This document shows positions 52,750-64,000 of a stretch of 64,000 nt of DNA, one piece after another. Position numbers and translations under genes: made by a program. The stretch's first letter is position 1. Each line of letters opens with the position of its first letter. Source of the stretch: Paecilomyces variotii (lineage: Eukaryota). The notes under the pieces are model-generated. The model was not told the DNA's origin. It did not search any database and was given only the letters and a program-made list of their open reading frames with translations. The stretch lies in the NCBI GenBank assembly GCA_004022145.1, contig RCNU01000002.1; one strand, given 5' to 3'.

Positions 52750-53500
52750 TAAATGGCTTTTTATTGAAGTCATAATAATTCGCTGCGCTATGCCATTGTT
52801 CTTGTGGAGATCCGGATGAAACAAGAGTGAGGCGCAACCGCTGAATGTTCGAACCAGAGCTCGAAATGGGTTCTTTCCGAAAAGGGGGAAATGGTTTTGT
52901 ATAACAAAAAAGGTGTGGAGCGCACTTGGGTGCACAGAGAAACAGTCTACCGGCACTGGGCCCAAGGTTAACGAAGAAACAAAACGGGAATTCAGGTGGT
53001 CGCATATCATCTGTATGGTATCCATAACAAAAAACTTCCCAAGTGACGTCGGGCGCCCCGGATCGACAGGCCCCTAAGCCAATCATAAAAAAAAAAAAAA
53101 CAATGTATCAAGCAAGGACGCGACAAGGGATATATATATAGGCAACACAACCATTGGCAGCTCCATGAAAATGCTTCCCCGCCTTTTTTGCTAACCAGAC
53201 CGTGACAACGTAAGTGGCAAATATGGCATGAGGCCACCGATCTCTGGTGCCTTTCCGGTCAACCTAACGCCTTAACGTGCCATGCCAATAACAGACAAAA
53301 AAAGCTCCGTGGATAGATAACAGTTCCAAACCATGTACCGAAAGCAGAGAGAGTAGTTCGCAAATATAGACAAGACAAGCGAGTTCAGCCCATTTCGGAC
53401 GACTCGGAAGGGACGACGATCACGCCGAGGAGGTTGGATTTGTCTCCTTTTCTTTAGAAAGAAACCTGTGTTTGAAGGGGGGAGAGAGACGAAGGGACGA
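52750..53500 (-). ncRNA. Candidate structured long non-coding RNA (family not recognised)
   Basis: CT-rich TSS-like tract at ~53475-53500, CRE at 53558-53565, AATAAA at 52765-52760, no convincing ORF, several nested complementary segments and four UGUUAU motifs (see findings). Transcription is inferred, not shown. Confidence 0.4.
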
Positions 53501-54258
53501 AGCGACTGCCAAGCCACTGAGCGGCGTGTTCCGTTAGCGACACCGCGTCATGTGCCATGACGTCAGCCGCTCGCTCCGTTGCCCAGCAGTTAGTTGTTCA
53601 CGGCGAACATTCCACATGGCAAAGCGGCTCTTCGGGAGGTTGGCGTCCCTGTGGCGATGGTGCGTTCCCCGGTTCGATAGCGGTAGGTAACACAATGTGA
53701 GGTGAGACTCCAGCCGTGTTGATGCGACGGCATTGGTGCGCAGCGGAGAGGTAACGGTAGTAGAGGCGATGTGTGACGAGAAACGTGAGAGCTGATGGGG
53801 GATGGTTCCGGTATCCGATAAGTGAACGATGTCTCCCACATCTCAACAGATCAGGACCGACCCGTTTACTTGATAGGGTGGAAGGCTGAACTTCTGCGGC
53901 TGACATGCAGAGACCACGAGACCACGGCCGTAAATTGGATTCCAAGGCAATCTGAAGTGTCCGCCGCAGAAGTTCTCCAAGAGGCGAGCAAAAAAGATGA
54001 GGATGGATAGGTCGCTCGGTTTATTGTAAGATCGAGAGGCGAGGCCGAATTCGTTGGGACGTTGGCAACGTGCATATTAAGGTATTAACGTAATTATCGA
54101 CGGTCACCGTGCAATTAGGGGTAGGGCGACTCCGTCCCAACGTCCCGAGACAGCCGTCGTATGTCTTCAACGGATTGTCCTCTCGCTGCCGTCTTTATCA
54201 CGATCTTCTTCGAGTCGACACGATTCCTTTTCTTCACCCCTTGGACGCCGGAAGAGAG

Positions 54259-54844
54259 TTATTTCGCAGACTTCTTCGTCTTCGCACCCGTTGTCGATGT
54301 GATCTCGCTCTTGGTCATATTCCGCGTAAGGCCACCAATGTAATCCTGAAGGAACTTGTTTTCGCTCTCCAGCTTGTCGTGATCCGACTTGACCAACTCA
54401 ATCCGCTCCGCCAGTGCCTGCAGTGACGATTGTAATGTTCTTGCTTGTCTGCATCAACAGTCAGCCAGCCATTCACACGTAGAATACAACGCTCTCCAAA
54501 GCTCTTGAAGACACTTACTCCTGTAGCGTCTGTCTGGCTTCCTTTCCCAACCGTTCCAGGTCAGCGGAGTTGCGGCGGGGGCTCATCGCACGAGCATCAT
54601 CCGGGGGGAATTCCTCCTCCTCGATCTCGATTTCAGGGTGGTCTCGCGGGACTAGTATTGAGGCACTGGGCTTCCGGCTGGCCATACGTGGCCGCTCTGC
54701 CCGCGACCTGCGCTCGGGCTCAGCGTCAGAGATGGAAGAAGACGACGATGATAGTGACGATGTATGCATGCGAGTATTGTCGTTCGGATGCGGCATCGCC
54801 GGTACTGGAGATGAGCCTTGTAATTCACTGGGCGACGATGCCAT
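54259..54844 (-). CDS. Short coiled-coil protein (SCOCO/Slo1/UNC-69, DUF2205 family)
   Basis: Exons 54844-54519 and 54448-54259 (intron GTAAGT..CTGAC..CAG). The spliced C-terminus is QEQARTLQSSLQALAERIELVKSDHDKLESENKFLQDYIGGL, which matches the family pattern EN..L..YI..L. Confidence 0.85.
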
Positions 54845-55546
54845 ATCTGGGGGGGGAATGATGTGTCTGGAGTTCTCTTCGAGAGAGAAAACTTTGGATG
54901 GTCGGACCCAGGGGGGGATTGCGGGTTGCGGGTAGACGACGATGTTGGACGGGGAGATCAACCACAGCCAAACAGATGAGCACCCGACCTCGAACACGGC
55001 GCCAGGATCAGAAGCGCTGGTCCGAGGAATTGAAATCAAAGTCGAGGAAGTTTTATGCTGTGTTGGACGCACACGCGTGGGTGGGAAATTGGGGAAAGAA
55101 AGGAGGGGAGCAGAGCAGGAGAGAGAGAGCCAAGGGGCAGAGAGACAGATTTTTGTGTCGACGACACGGGTACAACGTGGTATAGACGGCGTGGATGGTG
55201 GCCAACGCGAATGGCGGGCTTTTTGAGGGAGGACAGCTTTTTCGCTTTCGCCGTTCCAGCGGGGAGGGGGGGAAGAGGAAGGGTAAATTTAGTGTCTTGA
55301 CGAGCAGTGGGTTGACCCCATCGGGCGGAGTACGACTACTTAGTATTAGTACTTAGTGACGGACGATGGACCGAAGGAGGTTCGCGGGTTTAGTAGTGTT
55401 AAGTGGTGAAGAAAAAGAAAAGGAGCGGGTAAGTTAATTATTAGTTAGTAGTAGTAGTGGTCGTAGTGGTCGTAGTAGTTTTTTTTTTTTTGCTGCTGGG
55501 ACTCGTGGCGGCCGACGGTGCGGTAGAGCTGCCAGCGTGTGAGAGT

Positions 55547-55550
<4 letters not shown>

Positions 55551-55577
<27 letters not shown>
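55551..55577. repeat. (TC)n microsatellite
   Basis: Pure TC run. Confidence 0.9.
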
Positions 55578-57833
55578 TGGGCTGCGTGAGTTGAGTGAGT
55601 TAACTTACTAGCTAGTAGTGAGTTAGTTAGGCCCTTTGTTAGTCGCTCGATGATCCTCATTACCCACCATACAGCTGACTGACGTTCCAAGGTTCCTTTG
55701 AGCGACAACACGGCAGACGCGGTGGCATTCCCCTGCCGAACACGCCCAATAGGACTCCCGCCAACGCAGCAGATCTCGCGGATTCTTGAGGCTTTCCAGA
55801 AGCAACGCTTTGCTAGTGCTGGCTGCGTTGCTTGGATCAGGCGGCACTGCGCCGTCGACTGTCCTGGATAGCTATCCGATAGTCCCAGTGTCGGAGGACG
55901 AGCATGGGAGCCGCGTTAAGTGTGACTCGACTCCCCTACTTTCTCTCTCTTTTTTTTTTTACCACAGATACTACTAAATCATTATGGTATTACTATATTA
56001 CTACTATACTGACAGCGTGGGCCTTCTCACCGTGGAATCGTGGACAAGCAGCGATGCGAATTAGCTACTCCGTATCCGATTACGATCGACTTGGCTCTCT
56101 CCCCCAAGCCCTGCGTTGGTGTAGGATCACCCATTCCCACGGGTACGACGGTGATAATAAGGGCGACCGAACGCGTCTGAAAAAACGTCCTGAGACGCAG
56201 CAGGGATGGAGGATCATCCCTGGCTCCTAACGGTTGCAAAAAGACGATTTGATTCTTTTTGGCATCCCTCCACCACGCAGCCGTCGGCCGATACGCTATA
56301 GCGACCATTGACACCGTTCCCATGGTCGCGGCGGATAGACAGCGCTCAACGGTGGCCAAAGGGCAAATAGCAAGCATCGTGCAGCCCATAGTCCGTCCGC
56401 CGTATCGTCTCCTACCGATCTATAGGGACATACCTTCTTCTTTTGCTCTTTTCCCCTTTTTGCTGCATTCCTCTGGAGGCTGCGTCAAATCAAGCCCACC
56501 AAGAATTCTTCGACAAAGCGAGTTATGACGCAGCATACGGCCCGTGTCTACCTACATACATACATCTGCAACAAACACTGGAGTTCCGAATCATCCATAA
56601 TCATCGCTATCCGCGTTTCCTCTTCTCCCCCAGATCTGACAATCGTCATTGTGGAGAGTCTGTCCCGCGAGCAACCACAATGTGATACGACCGTCATCGC
56701 AGTCTGCGGATTGGCTCTGGTTTCCTTTTTCGCTAGTTCCGACTGGTGTTCCGCAATCCGTTTTTTCTCGCCGCTCGCCTGTACCCGTCGGACCTGAATC
56801 TGAATCCACGGTGGGCCCCCGCGCTGCCGCTTCTTTTCCAGCGGCCACGTCCGCGGTTTGACGATGCAGTCAAGGCAGATTCACACAGCTCGATGTTTCG
56901 TAGGCGACAATGCTCTGCCATCCCTCCGCCGTATCTATCGTTCATGAGCCTAAAACCCCAGCCGCATGACGCACCTGGAATGGAAATGATGTCAGCCTTC
57001 CCAGCTGGCAACTGGCAAGGCTGGCACGGTGATCTATCTCCTTTACTGAAACCAGCCCACAGCTGAGGAGTTCATAGTTGTACATGTACAAGTACATACA
57101 TACTTATAGATCGGGTCTTAGTTCGTGGCGTTTTGGTGACAGCTTAGCTGCTTACTCTACTGCCATAGTGTTATCAAGCGATATCGTTTGGAATCAGATT
57201 GCCACGAATTCGCCCCGACGGTTCCGACAGTCTACGCCCAACGCGACCCTCTCCAAAAGAATCAGAGTCATCGGGGAAAAAGGACGGGGAAGAGAAAAGA
57301 AAAAGAAAAAGAAAAACGGCCGCTATTTTTGGTGTGGTACTAGGTGCATGTGCAATAGTGACCACTATTATACTGGTTACTACTGCCGCACCAGTAAGAG
57401 TAACTCTTAAAATGCACCCAGCAAGGCTCGCAAGAAGTCAAGCGGTTGTGGTATCTCTCGTTTGCTCTGGACATTATTATTCAAACCCGTATCTATCTAC
57501 TCTATCTACTCTCAAAAAGACTGCCCCACGCAGACCCTTGCAGTCCGTTGAGAGAGCTTTGACAGTACGGAGTATTAATTAATGCCGCCGGCTGCTGCTT
57601 CCTGGTGACTGGAGCATTTCATGAGATGCATCAGTGGCCAACGGGCGATGTGACCCCGGGGAGAATGATAAACAATAGTCCAGCAGTCAATAAATGACAA
57701 TGATAATATCCATGCCCACCTGGTATGCCGCAGCAAGGAACGGACATGTAACAAACGTTGTCGGCCACTGAGATGTGTTCCGTCCATTCCCGTCTCTCCA
57801 AAGCAGTGTCCATTATTATTATCCAACAATATT

Positions 57834-58219
57834 AGAGGGTTATTGCAACGACCCACAGTGGTAGTACAACATAAGGGATTACTCTGTGCGGTAAGTCTTA
57901 GCATTTTTGATGATTTTTAAATGGCAGGCGGTCTGTGAAATTTTGAAGGCGGTCTGTGTAAGGCTTTTATTACGAGACACCCGCCTCATAGTATGAGGCA
58001 CCCATTTCATAGCGAAGCCTACCTGAATAGGGAAGCGGTGAAGCTCGGTAAAGCTCCACCCACTAATATAGCGGTAACATATAAAATCTATGTGGGGAAT
58101 TGCTTAATAATTGTATTCGGATTACAGAATCTTTCTCCATCATGTGATGTCCCGTTTAGGATTTACCAGCAGAATCCCTTATGTTGTACTACCACTGTGG
58201 GTCGTTGCAATAACCCTCT
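57834..58219. mobile_element. MITE (non-autonomous TIR DNA transposon), 386 bp
   Basis: Perfect 47-bp terminal inverted repeats at 57834-57880 (AGAGGGTTATTGCAACGACCCACAGTGGTAGTACAACATAAGGGATT) and 58173-58219. ATT flanks both sides (57831-57833, 58220-58222); alternatively a TA duplication with 46-bp TIRs. No transposase ORF. Confidence 0.85.
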
Positions 58220-61200
58220 ATTGTGCCTGTGCTGCTGCATCACCCACGAGGATGATCAGACTCGTGACCGCCAACGTACAGCAGAACAACATCGGCCAGG
58301 GCTCGGACTCTGCAAGGTGGAGGCAAAACAAAGCCCCCCCAGATCTGTCCACTATCTATCTACTACTGCATCCAGAAGAACCACTGTGTTACTTGGTCGT
58401 GATACACTTGGGATTTTCCTCTAGTACGCTCACTGCTCTGGCGCGTGACTGATTTGATTCTGACCGAGCATCTCCTAGTGCAGGTTCCCTTTCACCACTG
58501 AAACCGTCGAGGATTAATTGCCCTCCCCAGTTGGAGGGTCCTGACTCGACGATCATTGCCTTGTGGTCCATGGAATAATATAATAATATCTAATAACTAC
58601 TACAAATGCCGATGATTTAGCAATCTGGAAACAGGTGAAACAAGAAGAATTTCCGAACTGCTGGTCCAAGAGACGACCTGGAAACTTCTGCATCCCGTAT
58701 TCTCCCCATCGTCAGACAGGAAAACTGTGACAGATCATCATAACTCGTCCGTTCATTCGACCTCGCGGGGATCTACAGTGACGGCTCCATTCGATTTCCT
58801 TCATCTCCGGTCATTTTCCCCCTCCCCCCTTCCCTCTCATTGCAGTAGGGCTATGATGATCGTTTCCCGGTTGCTCTTTTTTTTTCATTTTGGAGAAAGC
58901 GACCCTCGCTTCCATTTCCCAATCAAGTTCTCTCCTCTCTCAAAACACCATGAATATCCCAGCACGAGCGATGACTCGTCCCCGGCTCCCGTAGCGATCG
59001 TCCCGGAGGAACCATCGCACAAGCCTATCGGAAAGTCGGAGAGACTTAGATTGCATGCCAAGGCACTAGATAACCGCCTACACGGGCGTTTTCTCTTTTA
59101 CTGGTAGACCGTCGCAATTCCCCATCCGGTCACTTTCACCAATGATGCCAGTTTCCAACAGCGTGGACGATCGCCAAGAGTCGCTTCCCTTTGACCCTTT
59201 CGCCCATTTTTCCGCCGGAGTTCCTTGGAACTGTCGGAGAGGAATAGTCGTTATCACGGCTGACCATCTTGTGCTGACTATCTATCTAGGACGTCCCTGT
59301 TTGTGGACATCCTGCAAGACGAACCTCCGACATGTAGGAGAATATGGTAGAATTCTGTCTAAGAGCCCAGTGCGGTGGCCCATCGATGGCAAATGAAACG
59401 CAGAGAACCAACAGATGGAAGCTTTGACAATAAAATACGAGTAGTGTGATACAGCTAGAGTCTTCGCGAAGCGCGTGTGATCTCCATCTTTCTAAACCAC
59501 CAGTGATCGTGCAACGAGGGTCTCCACGTCGACAGCGTGAGAGAGGCAGTCCCCGACTGGATCGCGGCTACACCCGCTCGTTTGCGAAGCCATTCTATCT
59601 TAGGAATCAAATTTCCGTCATTTTGTTCGGAGTTCCGTGGGGTGTTATATTATTATTATTATGATTATTCGGCCCAAGTGCCACTCTCCTCGACTTACTC
59701 TAATGAGCGCTGATAGAATCAAACGTTCAAGAACATGACAGCGGTGAACCCTGTTCAAGTGGGCGATAGTATCGTGCCCGCTACCGATGTGGACGATATG
59801 CTACCCGTCAGCCACAGCAACGCTAGATATTACAGATTCCTGCGATACAGGGCCCCTCATCTGGCGCTATCTCTTAAGTTATCAATCATCCCGGCTCCGG
59901 AAGACGGCTCGTTGCTTCCTAGATGCATGTCGATGCAGCTTCCCTGCCTTCCATGGACATGGAGGGAGTGGGATTACCCAGGGGGAATGATTAAGCCTTT
60001 TGCAGCTTGAGATCTAATCGATAAGTTAACTACTATGTTGCTGAATGATACACATCATGCGGGATATCTATACCATACCTTCGATCATTCCGTATAGGAC
60101 GGATTTTATTAGCCCCGGGCTATTATTACGATTGGAATGCTAGATATATCCCACATGTTCGGTGATCTACTCAGTGGATTCATTCTCTGGCGCGGTTTCG
60201 TGTCTGAAACTCTTAGCATGTTACTGAATCTGCAGCCCTAGAGTGGCGCTCTCGAGTTTCATCGACATTTCCATCGTGAATTTGAAGATGGGAACATATC
60301 TCTCCGCTGTCAGTTGAGAATCCGCTAGAATCATACTGTGGATGATGTTCAGGCCATCTCCAGCAATCACAATCAGCCAAAGCTCAGCGCGACCCCTCGT
60401 TCGTTGTCATCATCCATCGGGATTAACTAATAATAATTTCTGTCAACCATACCCCGTCACAAAGGAGTCTGTTAGCGTTTCACAATTACACCATTATTCC
60501 TGGGTCATTCGACAGTTCCCACGAAGCATTTATTACATATTATTATTGTGGGAAGAAGCGGTAAAGAGATCATCACCACGTCTTCTCGTGCCTGACCCCG
60601 CAATGTGAAGTTGAGTTTGCCGGGCCCAACTTTGCAAGCGATGCCCAACCGCGCCCTAGATAAACTACTAACCTCTATTGGCGCCAATATTCTCCTACCT
60701 ACGGAAAATACATTGAATAGGTAAGATTCATGAGATACTTCAACTAGACGGTCACGCTCACCGTTCCTGGCGTCTGCTGATACTAGATAGATACTCGTTG
60801 GGGAGTCCGTGCTCGATACTCCATCGCTGGCACGGGGAGATACATCAATCAACTTCTCGTTGCAAGTTTTTCTCTCTTTTAGATCGTCTCCTTGCGTTTC
60901 AATTTGCGACTCGGAAGAGACCCCGTCGGGCCCGAGCCGCGGGAAGGACTCCATCAAAAGAACCACACCGAAGAACTTGAGCTCGTGAATTTGATGCTGA
61001 TACGTCTTTGCCTCCAGCAGCTTCAGCTCTCTCTCTCTCTCTCTCGCTCGATCCCTCTCTCGACCGGCCGGTGAACCGCGGCAAATGAAGTGACGGCACT
61101 ATACCCCCCAAAGATCGGTCCCAAGGATGTCGGCTCGGGACGGCAAAGTTCTGTGCTCCATCGGGCTCCTCCCGACCGTACCATACATCCCGGTTCCTTA

Positions 61201-62128
61201 AGAGGAATGAATGACAATCAGTCTTACTCCATACTTATTATTCTCCGCTCTGCTAGACTGCGACGTAGCCATGGTTCGCCACATATTTCGCCGAAAATTT
61301 CACTAAAAAGGGTCCATGAGACCTTCCCTTTTCGGTCTGGGCAAAAAAAACACGAATCGACTGGGGTACATCTAGTCAGTAGTTAACCTCAGATCCTGAA
61401 GGTGATAGTAAAGAGGATACTGCATATGAAGTAAAGTAATAGACGATGCGTAGGACAGATCAGCTACGGGCATGTTGCTTGGGGCAAAATATCCACTGAT
61501 GACACAACTCGAGGTAATACATACACACATATCCTTGCCACGTCGTCTCACCCTCGTATGTATGCAGCATACTTGTTTTCAGTAAATTTCTATCGACTTC
61601 TGCATATTCAATTCTATCTGACTAACTAGTTGGATCGTCAGGACAAACAAGAAAGTAAGAAAAGAGGCTAGCTGCGGGCCAATGATGCGTACTGATATCT
61701 ACTAGTTAGTACTACTATAATACTCACAGTCATTTGTCCTTAACCCCCGATAGTTAGTTATTCTGTTTATTAGATCATGTCTCGTATCTTATTGATTCGT
61801 GTTCGAATAGAAAAAAAAGGTGAGCAGAGTAACTTAGTACCCAACCCAAATATAGACAAACAGCATAAAATTTCCTCCTCATCTTTCTTTCCCTATCCAT
61901 TAATAGACAGAAACAAGCAGCATGTATCATGCAGACCAAAGCACATCGTTCGTCATCCATCCCACAATACCCTTCTTCTTTCTTGCCTTTTGGCTTTCTC
62001 TTTCCAACGGGTACCCATCTGAAGTAACTATGTGCAGTACTCCATATGTATGCACAGTATGATACTACTGGTCAAAAATAGCAATTACCCACCCACACAT
62101 AGTTAGAAGCGAGAAAAAAAATAACCTC

Positions 62129-62154
62129 AATAATAATAATAATAATAATAATAA
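62129..62154. repeat. (AAT)n microsatellite
   Basis: Pure AAT run, about 8 units. Confidence 0.9.
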
Positions 62155-64000
62155 CGCTTCAGATGCATCATCAATACGTATACTATTTGCTAACTAGTTA
62201 TTGCTATCGTTATGAAATGCCATTTGATACGATAATGAATACCTTACCTCATTGTGTCTATGAGTATTATTGAGAAATGGTCTGTCTAAATTTATCGTTG
62301 GGTGGAGTAACGAATTATGTGGCATGGTGGCTGGGTGAGACAGACGGGGGGGAGAACAGATGTGATCAAGTTACAGTAGTATGTACATATCTACGGGGAT
62401 CGAGATGATCTAGAAGTACTTAGATAGTAGACTAGTTAGTTATTAACAGACAGAGTACGAGCCGGTTGTTCTGTCGACTATTCCCTGCATCCTACCTAAT
62501 TATTGATTGTAGCTACTTCTCTAACTAGTAGTTACCTGGCCCTTGGTCCATTGTCATCAAATCGTCCTTACCCCATTCGGTGACATTGGTCCGAATCTCG
62601 AATCTCCCCTTACCATACAGAGCCGATAATAATAATATTAATAGTAACTAGTTACTTTACTGTGCTATATAATAGCACGGGAGGGAAACCCTGGCCCAGG
62701 GAATATACTTCGAGACGCACCTCGGTCATTATTTCTAAAAAAAAAAAATCCCTCCATTGTTTGCGTAACGCGTATTTAGAGGCTAGAGACCTTGTATACT
62801 ATGTTGAGCTATTTTAGTTTCCCTTTCATCCGGGGTGATTTAAATTTTATAGGGAGTCTTTATTCATATGGCTAGGGTACAGTATAACTATATAGGTTTA
62901 ACTAGAAGCTCCGTTATGTTCAGTGATAGGGGTTACTAATAGATGTAGAATATTGAATGATGGCATGGAAGCATGGTCTGACCAAAATGGCTTGAATTGC
63001 TTGCTTGCTTGAATCTAGGGGCGGGGGAGGGGGAATTTGAACCCATATTTATCTCTAGCGTACAAAGAACCTAGATCCTAGTAATCTAGTAATCAAACGG
63101 ATGATTGACAGATCACCTGGCGTTCTCTTTGTACGCCGACAATAGACAATCGTAAAGTAATAACGTTATATGATCCTGAGCGAGCGACATCAATCTTCAA
63201 CAGAACAATCCTCTTCATCCTCTTCAATTTGTGCCACTCGATTCCTCCTCTTCATCATATTCGACGACCATGACCTTTCGTCCTTGGTACCATGCAGGCG
63301 CAATAAGCTGGCACGAGTCTGGAACACTGATATCGAACGGAAGTCCCTCAGTTGAAGGTGAATAAGTTATCTCGATAACGACGTTTACAGAAGCTACTCA
63401 GTTATTGATTGTGTGTGATATTCCGAGATTTGGAGTCGTTGAATGACACTGTCTACATCAGATCAGGAGAGGGTACCCGAGAGAGAGAGAGAGAGGTATC
63501 GATGTCTGTCTGGCTGATTCCAAAGATCCATCGGATTATGTGTGATCTCTAGAACAGTACAGGCCACTCCAAGGGGTTTGAAATCCCTAGCAGCATAATG
63601 GAAGCCAGCGACGTTCTTTGAAAAGGCGAGTTTGTTGCATTAAAGGTGATAGTTAATGCTGTGACGGAAGTCGACTGTCACGACTAGACCAAAAAGGAGA
63701 ACTCCTCGGAGGTACCTAGATCTGGCCCCAGGTCTGATATACTGTAAGCTGCTTGGCTGCACGGGATCGAACGGCAGGATCATCGCTGTTCATATCAGCG
63801 AGCATATCTGAAAAGCGGTTAAGTGGCTCGAGCATGTCAGGATCAATCGTAGGAACGAGTTTTCGCCGCTTGTTTGACTGGAAAGCCTGGCTTGGCGCTT
63901 TGCCTGACGTCGACGACTGCTGTTAGCTCTGATAGCTGAAGTGCTGAATGCTTGGTAACTGGTGATGATCTCGATAATGGTAGTTATGGAAAGGTAGGTG

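Noticed and set aside
52984-52999. GGGAATTCAGGTGG resembling fungal RNase P CR-I
   Set aside because: Imperfect match and no complementary CR-V found to form P4.
51229-53270. Telomerase RNA on the plus strand (template-like TAACCCCTAA at 51229, P6.1-like GCACTTGGGTGC at 52922, GTAAGT at 53210, CTAAC at 53264)
   Set aside because: No clear pseudoknot follows the putative template, the intervening sequence is low-complexity, and the organism's telomere repeat is unknown. Revisit only if the telomeres are TTAGGGG.
54114-54126. Telomere-like TTAGGGGTAGGG as a telomerase template within the SCOCO 3'UTR
   Set aside because: It would imply an unusual TAGGGG repeat, and no supporting TER domains were identified.
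63025-63047. T-loop/B-box-like GGGTTCAAATTCCC on the minus strand (tRNA?)
   Set aside because: No acceptor stem, D-arm or anticodon arm can be formed.
55400-63400. Many 60-150 aa ORFs in the gene-poor region, and antisense ORFs overlapping real genes elsewhere
   Set aside because: No recognisable domains, often non-ATG starts or microsatellite-derived sequence; consistent with chance or shadow ORFs.

Overview
Intron-containing eukaryotic DNA from a filamentous ascomycete, most likely Eurotiales (Aspergillus/Paecilomyces/Talaromyces-like; inferred from gene content and splice signals). Bases 1-49.7 kb are a gene-dense, mostly housekeeping block of 18 protein genes: a Leu3/LeuB-type Zn2Cys6 regulator (cut by the left edge), a GRDP/DUF1399 protein, an F-box protein ending in CaaX, a second Zn2Cys6 TF next to a threonine aldolase-family enzyme, TIM50, a hypothetical protein, RPN11, RPD3, RPL23, TED1-like, BOI1/2-like, a MIZ/SP-RING protein, LAA2-like, NSP1, the ATPase inhibitor, 14-3-3 and an aldo-keto reductase. 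From 49.7 to 64 kb the only recognisable protein gene is a SCOCO/Slo1-like gene. Most interesting observations: (1) the LeuB-type gene has no in-frame AUG before its zinc cluster and probably starts at GUG; (2) a ~750-nt ORF-less minus-strand segment at ~52.75-53.5 kb has nested long-range helices and repeated UGUUAU motifs, making it a candidate structured lncRNA; (3) a 386-bp MITE has perfect 47-bp terminal inverted repeats. Exon boundaries were derived by hand from GT..AG signals and frame continuity. No database searches were run.
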